From assembly GCA_003244255.1 (NCBI GenBank), contig QHCD01000073.1, positions 30,444 through 94,443 of the forward strand: a stretch of DNA of 64,000 bases, given 5' to 3'. Positions 10,665-22,927 of this stretch are shown one piece after another. Each line of letters begins with the position of its first letter. The stretch's first letter is position 1. The DNA is from Pseudonocardiales bacterium (GTDB taxonomy: Bacteria; Actinomycetota; Actinomycetes; Mycobacteriales; QHCD01). Position numbers and translations under genes: made by a program. Under the pieces are notes generated by a model. That model ran no database searches. It had not been told where the DNA came from and saw only the letters and a list, made by a program, of their open reading frames with translations.

Positions 10665-12182
10665 ATGCTCATCGATCAGGCGGCCGGCCGATCTGCGGCG
10701 ACGGCGTCGTTGCCGCGCCGCATCGGGCGGCGGCTGTGGACGGGCCACCTGCTCTTCGGCCTGCTCTTCGGCGCCGGCACCCTGCTGCGCCTGGCGACGA
10801 TCGCCGCCTACCGCCCGGCGTTCATCTACCCCGACAGCGTTTTCTACCTCGACACCCCGATGCACGTGCCCGGCGACCAGCGCACGACGGTCTACACGCT
10901 GATCATCAAGCCGCTGGCCAGATTGCAGGGGCTGGACCTGATCCAGATTCTGCAGCACCTCAGCGGTCTGGTCGCCGCCGTCGTGATCTACCAGTTCCTG
11001 CGGCACTGGGGGTGTGGCAACGGGTGGTCGGCGATCGCCGCCGCGCCGATACTGCTCGATCCGCTCCAGGTGATCCTGGAGCACTACGTCCTCACCGACG
11101 TGCCGGCCGAGGTGCTCGCCGTCATCGGCCTCGCGGTCGTCGGCTGGCGGCGGGTAGCGCCGCCGCCGGGCATGCGCGACCGCTCGGGCGCGGTCACGGC
11201 GGCCGTCGTGGGACTGCTGTTCGGCATCACCACCCTGATCCGCACCGCGTCGGTGCTGCTCATCGTTGTCGGCGTCGGCTACATCCTTCTGACCCGCACC
11301 ACCTGGCGACGGCGGATAGGGCACGCGCTCATCGCCGTGATCGCGTTCGGGGCGCCCGTCCTGGCCTACGCCGACTGGATGCATCACGCCCGCGGCGCAT
11401 ACGGGCTGACCTACGGGTGGTCCGGCCGGTTCCTCTACGGCCGGGTGTCGACCTTCGCCGACTGCACCGGACTGGACCTGGACCCGATGGAGCAGTCGCT
11501 CTGCCCGGTTCAGCCGCCCTCGGAGCGGGAGGAGTCCTTCTACATGTGGAACTCCTACTCGCCGCAGTGGCAGCTCACCGTCACCTACCACGTCTCGCTC
11601 GTGCAGGCCAACGCGATCGCGCGCAAGTTCAGCCGCACGATCCTGGTGCATCAGCCGCTGGACTTCGCCAAGACCGTCGGCGCGGACTTCATCTACAACT
11701 TCAACTACCGCAGGGGCGGCGGGCCGGAGGACCAGGAGAACTGGTTCCTTGCCTATCACAACTACTACCCGGCGGTCGTGACGAACCCGGACACCATCGT
11801 GGCGAGATACGGCGGTTCGCACGTCGGCAGCTATCCGCGCATCACCAGGATGCTCGTTGCGTACGGGCACGTGTACCTGCCGGGAACGGTGGCTGGCGTC
11901 GGCGTCCTGCTCGCGCTCGCGGGCGGATTCGGGCTGAATCGCCGCGCCCGGCGCTCGGGCATGCGACTGGTCAGCCTGCTGATCGGCGTCGGGCTGATCG
12001 CAGCGCTCCTGGTTCCAGCGGTGCTCGCGATCTTCTCGCTGCGCTACACGATCTCGGTGATCCCGCTCGCTCTGATGGGTGGTGTCCTCGGCGGCACCGC
12101 GCTGTTCGGGAGCCGCAGCGACACCGCCGCGAGCCCGGGCGAGGACCTTGGATCCGCCGGCGACGCCACCGTGCTCAACTAA
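10665..12182 (+). CDS. polytopic integral membrane protein, possibly a GT-C-type (lipid-carrier-dependent) glycosyltransferase
   Basis: Many hydrophobic segments. The N-terminal loop YRPAFIYPDSVFYLD resembles GT39/ArnT-like enzymes. The ATG at 10665 lies 2 nt after the tsaE stop; the track start at 10500 is inside tsaE. Confidence 0.7.
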   Translation: MLIDQAAGRSAATASLPRRIGRRLWTGHLLFGLLFGAGTLLRLATIAAYRPAFIYPDSVFYLDTPMHVPGDQRTTVYTLIIKPLARLQGLDLIQILQHLSGLVAAVVIYQFLRHWGCGNGWSAIAAAPILLDPLQVILEHYVLTDVPAEVLAVIGLAVVGWRRVAPPPGMRDRSGAVTAAVVGLLFGITTLIRTASVLLIVVGVGYILLTRTTWRRRIGHALIAVIAFGAPVLAYADWMHHARGAYGLTYGWSGRFLYGRVSTFADCTGLDLDPMEQSLCPVQPPSEREESFYMWNSYSPQWQLTVTYHVSLVQANAIARKFSRTILVHQPLDFAKTVGADFIYNFNYRRGGGPEDQENWFLAYHNYYPAVVTNPDTIVARYGGSHVGSYPRITRMLVAYGHVYLPGTVAGVGVLLALAGGFGLNRRARRSGMRLVSLLIGVGLIAALLVPAVLAIFSLRYTISVIPLALMGGVLGGTALFGSRSDTAASPGEDLGSAGDATVLN

Positions 12183-12939
12183 GCGATACGACCTTCAGGC
12201 TCGCAAGCGCCGACGAGCAACCCCTCGCCACCATCGCCGCCTTGTCGGTGGCCTGGCAGTTCAGCTGCACCTTGGTGTGTCCGCGGAAGACGAAGATGAA
12301 CGTGACCTTGGTGCCGCTCTCGACACCGGTGTAGGTGATCGCGCGGGTCTGGTCCGGCGTGTGGGTCAGCCGGCCGTGCTTGGAGTCGAACTTCACCGAG
12401 CCGGACAGCTGGCTCGCGACGGCGGCGTCGCTCGCGACGGTCAGCGTCGTGTCATCGAGTGTGTCGGTATCAGCTGGTGCTCGGAACACCCCGAAGAACA
12501 GGCCGTTCTTGGCGTCGATCGCGACGCCGGACGGGTATCGCGCCGATCCGAGCCTTGCCCTCGTGACCGGCTGGAAACCGGCCGGCACGACGTAGCAGTA
12601 CGGCGCGCTCTTCGGCCGGACCGCCTTCGCCGGGCACTGGAGCGTGGCCGGCGGCGGGCTGGAGCTGCTCGCCGGAGCCGACGACGGCGCGGGAGCCGGA
12701 CTCGACGACGTCGGCGGCGCGGAACTCGTCGTCGGCGGAGCGGAACTCGTGGCCGGCGCGGAGCTGCCCGACGGGCCGCTCGCGGTCGAGCTCGGCGGGC
12801 CGGGGGTGGTCGGGGATGTCGGTGCGCTCGGCGGCTGCGATCCCGCGAACGACGCCGTGCCGGCAGTCGTCGAAGTGCAGGCTGTGACGCCCAACGCGAA
12901 GGCAACGGCCACGACGCCGACGGGAACGGCAATGCGCAT
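12175..12939 (-). CDS. lipoprotein with a long Ser/Pro/Thr-rich linker, function unknown
   Basis: MRIAVPVGVVAVAFALGVTAC signal peptide plus lipobox. Its 3' end overlaps the convergent membrane-protein gene by 8 nt. Confidence 0.75.
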   Translation of the reverse strand: MRIAVPVGVVAVAFALGVTACTSTTAGTASFAGSQPPSAPTSPTTPGPPSSTASGPSGSSAPATSSAPPTTSSAPPTSSSPAPAPSSAPASSSSPPPATLQCPAKAVRPKSAPYCYVVPAGFQPVTRARLGSARYPSGVAIDAKNGLFFGVFRAPADTDTLDDTTLTVASDAAVASQLSGSVKFDSKHGRLTHTPDQTRAITYTGVESGTKVTFIFVFRGHTKVQLNCQATDKAAMVARGCSSALASLKVVSLS

Positions 12940-13013
12940 GGCGCACACTGTAACCGCCGTCTCGCGCCGGTTGCGCCCGCTGCGAGAGGACCGTCCCGAC
13001 TACCCTGCAGGCC

Positions 13014-13661
13014 GTGCTTGTGCTGGTGATCGACACGTCGACGCCCGCCGTGACGGCTGGTGTCGTCGACGTCGCATCCGGCGTGGTGCTGGCCGCCCGC
13101 GCGACCGTCGACGCTCGGGCGCACGCCGAGGTGCTGACGCCGTCCATCGCGGCGGCCCTAGCCGAAGCCGGCATCGACCGCCGCGACCTCACCGCCGTCG
13201 TCGCCGGTGCCGGTCCGGGCCCGTTCACCGGCCTGCGCGTCGGGCTGGTCACGGCCGCGGCGCTCGCGGACGCGTTGCGGATACCCGCCTACCCGGTCTG
13301 CTCGCTGGACGCGATCGCTGCCGCCGCCGGTCCGGGCCGCACCCTGGTCGCCTCGGATGCGCGGCGTCGAGAGGTCTACTGGGCCAGCTATGCGGGTGGG
13401 CGGCGACGCAGCGACCCGGACGTCTCGCGGCCCGGCGACCTCGCCGGGCGGCTGCCCGAGCTCGGCTGCACGGCGATGGCCGGCGCGGGCGCTGCGCTCT
13501 ACGCCGATGTTCTCGGGCTGCCGGTGGTGGCTCCGGCGTATCCGCCGGTGGGTGCGCTCGCGGGCCTGGCCACCGCCCGGGTGCTCGAGCGGGCTCCCCC
13601 CGAGGCGCTGACGCCGATCTACCTGCGCCGTCCAGACGCTGCGCCGCAGGCCATGCGATGA
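13014..13661 (+). CDS. tsaB: tRNA t6A37 biosynthesis protein TsaB
   Basis: LVLVIDTSTPAVTAGVV and GPGPFTGLRVG motifs. Confidence 0.93.
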   Translation: MLVLVIDTSTPAVTAGVVDVASGVVLAARATVDARAHAEVLTPSIAAALAEAGIDRRDLTAVVAGAGPGPFTGLRVGLVTAAALADALRIPAYPVCSLDAIAAAAGPGRTLVASDARRREVYWASYAGGRRRSDPDVSRPGDLAGRLPELGCTAMAGAGAALYADVLGLPVVAPAYPPVGALAGLATARVLERAPPEALTPIYLRRPDAAPQAMR

Positions 13662-14113
13662 GCGGTCCGGTCGCGGCGACGCTCCGGCCGATGACAGCCG
13701 TGCACGTACCGGACGTGATGGCGCTGGAGGACATCCTGTTCGGCGCCGAGCGGTGGACACTTGCGATGCTGCGCGAGGAGCTCGACCTCGTCGACTCGCG
13801 CTACTACGTCGTCGCCGTCGTCGACGAGCAGATCGTCGGATACGCAGGGCTTGCGGCGTTCGACGACGAGGCGTTCGTGCAGACCATCGGCGTGCACCCG
13901 GACTTTCAGGGCGCCGGCATCGGTGCGGCGCTGCTCGACGATCTGCTTGCGGAGGCAGACCGGCGCGGCGCTGCCACGGTGCTGCTGGAGGTGCGCACAG
14001 ACAACGAGATCGCGCGGCGTCTCTACGATCGCCGCGGCTTCCGGCCGTTGCGTGTGCGCCGCGGTTACTACCGGCGCAGCGGTGCGGACGCGCTGGAGAT
14101 GCAGCGTGGGTGA
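13658..14113 (+). CDS. rimI: ribosomal-protein-alanine N-acetyltransferase (GNAT)
   Basis: [10 protein letters not shown] acetyl-CoA loop and [23 protein letters not shown] overlap with tsaB. Confidence 0.9.
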   Translation: MSGPVAATLRPMTAVHVPDVMALEDILFGAERWTLAMLREELDLVDSRYYVVAVVDEQIVGYAGLAAFDDEAFVQTIGVHPDFQGAGIGAALLDDLLAEADRRGAATVLLEVRTDNEIARRLYDRRGFRPLRVRRGYYRRSGADALEMQRG

Positions 14114-15152
14114 GGGCCCGCTGGTGCTCGGCATCGAGACCTCGTGCGACGAGACCGGCGTGGGGGTCGTCCGCGGCGAGGTGCTGCTCGCCGACGCCGT
14201 CGCGTCCAGCGTCGAGAGTCACGCCCGCTACGGCGGCGTGGTGCCGGAGGTCGCGGCGCGGGCCCACCTGGAGGCGATGGTGCCGACGATGCACCGCGCC
14301 CTGGACGAATCCGGGGTGGCGCTCGACGACGTCGACGCGATCGCCGTCACGGTCGGCCCGGGGCTGGCAGGTGCACTGCTGGTCGGCGTCGCTGCGGGCA
14401 AGGCCTATGCCTTCGCCGCTGGCAAGCCGCTCTACGGCGTGAACCACCTGGCCGCGCACGTGGCCGTCGACGTCGTCGAACACGGGACGCTGCCGGCTCC
14501 GTGCGTCGCGCTGCTGGTTTCCGGCGGGCACACCCACCTGCTGCACGTGCGCGAGGTGGCGGGTGGCATCGAAGAACTCGGCAGCACGCTCGACGACGCC
14601 GCCGGCGAGGCGTTCGACAAGGTCGGCCGGCTGCTGGGCCTGCAGTTCCCGGGCGGCCCGCACCTCGACGTCGCCGCGCGTGCCGGCAATCCGGCCGCGA
14701 TCGCCTTTCCCCGCGGGCTCACCGGCCCGCGCGACGCGCCGTACGACTTCTCCTTCTCCGGTCTGAAGACCGCCGTCGGCCGGTGGGTCGCGGCCTGCGA
14801 GCGGGCCGGCCACGAGGTTCCGGTGGCCGACGTGGCGGCGTCGTTTCAGGAGGCGGTTGCCGACGTGCTCACCGCGAAGGCGGTACGTGCGTGCCGGGAC
14901 GTGGGCGTCGCCGACCTCATCCTCGCCGGCGGCGTCGCGGCCAACTCCCGCGTGCACGCCCTCGCGCGAGAGCGGTGCGACGGCGCCGGGATCCGGCTGC
15001 GGGTGCCGCGACCGCGCCTGTGCACCGACAACGGCGCGATGATCGCCGCACTCGGCGCCCGGATGGTGACGACGGGCGTGCCGCCGGCCGGCCTCGGCGT
15101 GCGCACCGACCCCGGTCTGCCGGTCACGGGGATGGCGCCGGCCGGCAGATGA
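14106..15152 (+). CDS. tsaD: tRNA N6-adenosine threonylcarbamoyltransferase TsaD
   Basis: [13 protein letters not shown] and GGVAANS motifs. The GTG start overlaps the rimI stop by 8 nt. Confidence 0.95.
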   Translation: MGEGPLVLGIETSCDETGVGVVRGEVLLADAVASSVESHARYGGVVPEVAARAHLEAMVPTMHRALDESGVALDDVDAIAVTVGPGLAGALLVGVAAGKAYAFAAGKPLYGVNHLAAHVAVDVVEHGTLPAPCVALLVSGGHTHLLHVREVAGGIEELGSTLDDAAGEAFDKVGRLLGLQFPGGPHLDVAARAGNPAAIAFPRGLTGPRDAPYDFSFSGLKTAVGRWVAACERAGHEVPVADVAASFQEAVADVLTAKAVRACRDVGVADLILAGGVAANSRVHALARERCDGAGIRLRVPRPRLCTDNGAMIAALGARMVTTGVPPAGLGVRTDPGLPVTGMAPAGR

Positions 15153-16299
15153 GCGCCGTCGGGGCACCGGCGACGCGGGTCAGCACGACCGTCGCCTCCT
15201 CCGACCCCGACAAGCGCAGCGCTCGCCGCAGCATCGCGGGGTCGATCGCCGAGCCGCGCTTCTTGACCGTGAGCCGGCCGACCCCGCGTTCGCGTAGCAA
15301 CGCGCGCAGGCGCTTCAGCGAGAACGGCATGACGTCGGTGACCTCGTAGGCCCGCGCGAACGGCGTCGACACCAGCGAATCGGTTGACATGTAGGCGATC
15401 GACGCGTCGAGTAGTCGTCCTTCGATACGCGCGGCGACTTCGCCGACCAGATGCGCGCGGATGACGGCGCCGTCCGGCTCGTAGAGCCAGCGACCGGGCG
15501 CGCCGACCGATGGCGCGCCGAGCCCGGAGTCCGTCAGGGTGTCACCGGACGGCAGCACGGTCGCGCGCCGGGGCGTCGTCGCGAGCGCACCGAACCACAG
15601 CGTGGCCTCCTTCACCGCACCGGAGTCCGACACCCACTCCGCCTCGACGCCGCCCGGCACCAGCTCGTGTGGAATGCCAGGCCCAAGCTTGGCGGCGGCC
15701 AGCGGCACCTGGTCGGCCATCCGCCAGACGACGTCGATCGCCGGCGAGTAGGCGCGAGGGTCGAAGATCCGGCGGCCGCTGCCGCGCCGCGCGGGATCGC
15801 AGAACGCCGCCGGCCAGCCTTCGAGGTCCGTGGACTCCGCATCGGCGCACTGCACCGTCGCGTCGACGCCGAGCGCCTGCAGGTTCGCACGCGCGACCTC
15901 GACGGTCAGCGGATCGAGCTCGACGCCGGTGACGGCGATGCCGGCGCGAGCGAGCGCGATCAGGTCGCCGCCGATTCCGCAGCACAGGTCGAGCAGCCGG
16001 GCCGGTTCATGGCGGCGCAGCCGGGTGGCGCGATGCCGTGCGACCGACGTCCGGGTCGCCTGCTCGACGCCGTCAGGGGTGAAGAACATCACGTCGGCGT
16101 CGGCGCCGAACTTGGGCCGGGCGCGTTCGCGGAGCCGGACCTGCGTCACCGCCGCCGCGACGACGTCGCCCGGATAGCTGCGCCGCAGGGCGTTGATGGT
16201 GCCGATCAGCCCGTCGGCGCTGGTGCCGTGCTCGGCGACGGCGGCGAGCACGTCGGCCCCCCGTTCGCCGCGCAGGTGCTGGAACGCCGCGAGGTCCAC
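15124..16299 (-). CDS. class I SAM-dependent methyltransferase
   Basis: [18 protein letters not shown] is SAM motif I. Convergent 29-nt overlap with tsaD. Confidence 0.8.
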   Translation of the reverse strand: MDLAAFQHLRGERGADVLAAVAEHGTSADGLIGTINALRRSYPGDVVAAAVTQVRLRERARPKFGADADVMFFTPDGVEQATRTSVARHRATRLRRHEPARLLDLCCGIGGDLIALARAGIAVTGVELDPLTVEVARANLQALGVDATVQCADAESTDLEGWPAAFCDPARRGSGRRIFDPRAYSPAIDVVWRMADQVPLAAAKLGPGIPHELVPGGVEAEWVSDSGAVKEATLWFGALATTPRRATVLPSGDTLTDSGLGAPSVGAPGRWLYEPDGAVIRAHLVGEVAARIEGRLLDASIAYMSTDSLVSTPFARAYEVTDVMPFSLKRLRALLRERGVGRLTVKKRGSAIDPAMLRRALRLSGSEEATVVLTRVAGAPTALICRPAPSP

Positions 16300-16321
16300 G
16301 CTGGTTGTTCACCGACCCGTG

Positions 16322-16356
16322 TTGAATCGCTGGCACTCACCACGTTAGAGTGCCAA
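16322..16356 (+). promoter_or_regulatory. groES promoter with overlapping CIRCE (HrcA operator)
   Basis: CTGGCACTC-N9-GAGTGCCAA at 16330-16356 against the consensus TTAGCACTC-N9-GAGTGCTAA. TTGAAT (16322-16327) and TAGAGT (16346-16351) are spaced 18 nt apart. Confidence 0.85.
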
Positions 16357-16495
16357 CTACAAGGCGTTCGGACGCACTGCCCCCCGCGACGGCAGGACGC
16401 ACGACCGCCCCACCGAACCCGCATCATGCCGATCCGCTCCGTCAGGGGCCCAAGAGAGGGCTCAAGAAGGGCCCAAGAAAGGGCAAGGTCACATC

Positions 16496-16804
16496 GTGTC
16501 GACCGCCACCAAAGTCAGTATCAAGCCGCTCGAGGACCGCATTGTCGTAACGGCCAACGAGGCCGAGAACACCACCGCCTCCGGCCTGGTGATCCCCGAC
16601 ACGGCCAAGGAGAAGCCGCAAGAAGGCACCGTCGTCGCCGTCGGCCCCGGCCGCATCGACGACAAGGGTAACCGGGTGCCGATCGACGTCGCCGTCGGCG
16701 ACGTCGTCCTGTACTCGAAGTACGGCGGCACCGAGGTGAAGTACGGCGCGGACGAGTACCTGGTGCTCTCCTCGCGCGACGTGCTCGCCGTCGTGGAGAA
16801 GTAG
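16496..16804 (+). CDS. groES: co-chaperonin GroES
   Basis: [10 protein letters not shown]...[26 protein letters not shown] is canonical. Confidence 0.97.
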   Translation: MSTATKVSIKPLEDRIVVTANEAENTTASGLVIPDTAKEKPQEGTVVAVGPGRIDDKGNRVPIDVAVGDVVLYSKYGGTEVKYGADEYLVLSSRDVLAVVEK

Positions 16805-16816
16805 GTCCAGCCGTAG

Positions 16817-18562
<1,746 letters not shown>

Positions 18563-18699
18563 CAGTGCGAAAAGTCCCGCGGCGAACGAACCGTCCGGCC
18601 GCCGGCGCACGAACCCCCGTCGTACACCCGTTAGGGTGATAATCGCGGTTCGGACGTGTCGTTCCGGTGCGGCTGCCCGAGCCAGACGGGAGGGCCGTT

Positions 18700-19398
18700 G
18701 TGGCAAGCATTGTTGTCTGTGATCCCCGGCAGCAGGTTCGGGATCGTATCTCGACGCTGATGTCCACGGTGCCCGGAATGGACCCGGTGGTGCCAGTCAG
18801 CGCGGTGGCGGAGCTGTTGGACCGGTATGCCGCCCGTGCCGACGTCGTACTCATGGGCGCTCAGCCAGATCCAAGCGTCGTCCCCAATGCGATCCGGGAC
18901 CTGCTCGCCCGGGATCCGGGCGCCGTCGTCCTGGTCTTCGGCGACGGCGACGAGCACGCGCAGGTGACGTCGGCGATGTCTGCCGGGGCGCGCGGGTTCC
19001 TCTGCGCGGACGCATCGCAGATCGAGGTGTCGGCCGCCCTGGCGCATGCGCTGCCGATGAATGTGCTGCGCCGCGGCCCGGGAGCGAATGGCGATTCCGC
19101 TGCCACCCGGCCGGCGCCGGCCAGTGGCCAGTCCCGAGGCCAATCCGGTGCCCACTCCGGCGACAGCCCGTCGCCGATGAGCCCGAACGGCGCCAAGATG
19201 CGCTCCACCCTCACCGAGCGCGAGCTGCAGGTGCTGCGCGGCATCAGCGAGGGCAAGACGAACGTGCAGATCGGGCGAGTGCTGTTCCTGTCCGAGGACA
19301 CCGTGAAGACGCACGCGCGCCGGCTCTTCCGCAAGCTCGGCGTGCATCACCGTGCCGAGGCGGTCGCCCGCGCCCTGCGCGACGGTCTGATCCGCTGA
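18700..19398 (+). CDS. BldM-like NarL/FixJ-family regulator with a degenerate (pseudo-)receiver domain
   Basis: The C-terminal LuxR HTH LTERELQVLRGISEGKTNVQIGRVLFLSEDTVKTHARRLFRKLG nearly matches my recollection of Streptomyces BldM. In the receiver-like N-terminus VASIVVCDP...DVVLMGAQPD, a Gly sits where the phospho-acceptor Asp is expected. The GTG at 18700 is preceded by gggaggg; the track start is 18667. Confidence 0.8.
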   Translation: MASIVVCDPRQQVRDRISTLMSTVPGMDPVVPVSAVAELLDRYAARADVVLMGAQPDPSVVPNAIRDLLARDPGAVVLVFGDGDEHAQVTSAMSAGARGFLCADASQIEVSAALAHALPMNVLRRGPGANGDSAATRPAPASGQSRGQSGAHSGDSPSPMSPNGAKMRSTLTERELQVLRGISEGKTNVQIGRVLFLSEDTVKTHARRLFRKLGVHHRAEAVARALRDGLIR

Positions 19399-19420
19399 CC
19401 CGAGCGACTCTGCCAGCCGG

Positions 19421-19804
19421 TCAGCGGCGGCCTTCGTCGGCGCCGGTCATGACGCCGTCGGCATAGCCGCGGGCGTACTCCCAGGACACGTACTGCGAGG
19501 CCTGCGGGCTGTACGCCGGCTCGTGGACCCGTGTCTGCCCGATGTCGAGCAGGTGCCGCAGGTTGGCGCGCATCAGATCCCAGCCGAAGTAGTGCGGCTC
19601 ACCGCAGTCCTCGCAGTCGACGACGACGCCGCGGATTCCGCGCGGCGCGAGCAGCGCCTCGAAGACCTCGAGATCCTCGAGGTCGGACAGCACATCGTGC
19701 CGCTCGGCCGGCTCGAGCGGCTCGCCGCCGTCGTCGTCGTCGAGGGCCGCCGCCGGATCGTTGGGATCGAGCGCGAACGGGTCGAGGGGTCCGTCGTCCT
19801 GCAC
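19421..19804 (-). CDS. conserved actinobacterial hypothetical protein (Rv3412/DUF5319-like)
   Basis: Acidic N-terminus followed by VVDCEDCGEPHYFGWDLMRANLRHLL. Its position next to guaB matches the mycobacterial gene order as I recall it. Confidence 0.75.
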   Translation of the reverse strand: MQDDGPLDPFALDPNDPAAALDDDDGGEPLEPAERHDVLSDLEDLEVFEALLAPRGIRGVVVDCEDCGEPHYFGWDLMRANLRHLLDIGQTRVHEPAYSPQASQYVSWEYARGYADGVMTGADEGRR

Positions 19805-19965
19805 GATGGCCGCTACCGCTGCGGGGTGGGCTGCTGGCCAGCGGCGGTGGTGTCGCTCACACGCCTACCGTAGCCGCATTGGCGCGGTCCCGCCCGACCG
19901 ATCTCTCGGTAGGCTGGAGACTCCACCGACCCAAGGCTCTGACTCCACCACCTCACCGACACTGA

Positions 19966-21540
<1,575 letters not shown>

Positions 21541-21588
21541 CGGCCCGACGGTCTCGCGCCCCCACCGCTGCCGAGAGAGGCTCCTTCG

Positions 21589-22698
21589 TTGACCGGCGTC
21601 GTAGAGATCGGTCCCGGCAAGACCGCCCGTCGCGGCTACCGCCTCGACGACGTCGCGATCGTGCCGACCCGGCGCACGCGCAGCTCACGGGACGTCTCGA
21701 CGGCGTGGCAGATCGACGCTTTCCGCTTCGGCATTCCGGCGGTGGCGCATCCGTCGGATGCCACCATGAGCCCGGCGACGGCGGTCGAGTTCGGCCGGCA
21801 GGGCGGCCTCGGTGTGCTCAACGCCGAGGGGCTGTGGGCCCGCTTCGAGGATCCGGACGAGCAGCTGGCGGCGATCGCCGGCTCGCCCGACGCGACGGCG
21901 CTGCTGCAGGAGCTCTACGCCGAGCCGATGCTGCCGGACCTGATCGACGCGCGGGTGCGGGAGATGCGCGACGCCGGTGTGACGACGTCGGCGCGGGTCT
22001 CGCCCCAGCACGCGATGGCCCTGGCACCGGTGCTCATCGACGCCGGCGTCGACATCCTCGTCATCCAGGGCACGATCGTCTCTGCCGAACATGTGTCATC
22101 CCAGCACGAGGCCCTCAACCTCAAGGAGTTCATCGCCGATCTGGACGTGCCGGTGATCGTCGGGGGGGCGACGACGTACCAGACCGCGCTGCATCTGATG
22201 CGCACCGGCGCGGCGGGTGTGATCGTCGGGATGGGCGCCGACACCGCGGCCACGACCGAGGAAGTGCTCGGCATCCGTACCCCGATGGCCAGCGTGATCG
22301 CCGATGCCGCGGCCGCGCGGCGCGACTACCTCGACGAGACCGGCGGCCGGTATGCGCACGTCATCGCCGACGGCGAGATCCGCCGCAGCGGCGACATCGC
22401 CAAGGCCATTGCCTGCGGTGCCGACGCCGTGATGCTGGGCGAGGTGCTTACCGGCGTGCGCGGCCTGCCCGCGCGCGGAGCCTGGTGGGAGTCGACCGCC
22501 TCGCATCCCCAGTTGCCCCGCGGCGTCGTCGGAGCTCCTACCACCGCCGTCGGCGACCTTGCGACGGTTCTGCACGGGCCCGCCGTCGACGCCACCGGCC
22601 GCAGCAACCTGTTCGGCGGTCTCGCCCGGACGATGGCAAAGACCGGATTCTGCGACCTGAAGGACTTCCAGAAGGTCGGCCTGATCGCCACCGCGTGA
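21589..22698 (+). CDS. GuaB3-family IMP dehydrogenase-related protein
   Basis: YRLDDVAIVPTRRTRSS..., a TIM-barrel IMPDH-like protein without the CBS insert. TTG start. Confidence 0.88.
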   Translation: MTGVVEIGPGKTARRGYRLDDVAIVPTRRTRSSRDVSTAWQIDAFRFGIPAVAHPSDATMSPATAVEFGRQGGLGVLNAEGLWARFEDPDEQLAAIAGSPDATALLQELYAEPMLPDLIDARVREMRDAGVTTSARVSPQHAMALAPVLIDAGVDILVIQGTIVSAEHVSSQHEALNLKEFIADLDVPVIVGGATTYQTALHLMRTGAAGVIVGMGADTAATTEEVLGIRTPMASVIADAAAARRDYLDETGGRYAHVIADGEIRRSGDIAKAIACGADAVMLGEVLTGVRGLPARGAWWESTASHPQLPRGVVGAPTTAVGDLATVLHGPAVDATGRSNLFGGLARTMAKTGFCDLKDFQKVGLIATA

Positions 22699-22775
22699 CC
22701 GATCGTCCAAGCCGCCACGCCGCCAACCTGCCGAACCGCCGAACCGCCGGTCCCGTGTGCCCGGGTCGGCGAACT

Positions 22776-22842
22776 CTGTTGATCATGCGGTTTCGGGACG
22801 GAAAAACGGCGTGTCGCGTCCCGAAACCGCATGATCAACAAC
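22776..22842. repeat. hairpin repeat, sub-family A, copy 2 (inverted relative to copy 1)
   Basis: CTGTTGATCATGCGGTTTCGGGACG-GAAAAACGGCGTGTCG-CGTCCCGAAACCGCATGATCAACAAC. Perfect 24-bp stem, located between the convergent guaB3-like and corA genes. Confidence 0.9.
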
Positions 22843-22927
22843 GTGCGGGTGTGTGCGCGGGCGGGGCGTTCAGGTGCGTGGCGGTGCGCGCGGGCCGGCC
22901 TTCCCGAGTCGGAGGGGCTGCGCGGGG

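Noticed and set aside
10418-15167. Long alternative-frame ORFs (10418..12334 +, 12644..14113 + upstream part, 13158..15167 -, 14144..15349 +)
   Set aside because: They overlap tsaE, the membrane protein gene, tsaB, rimI and tsaD, which all carry family motifs. Only the rimI-coding tail of 12644..14113 is real.
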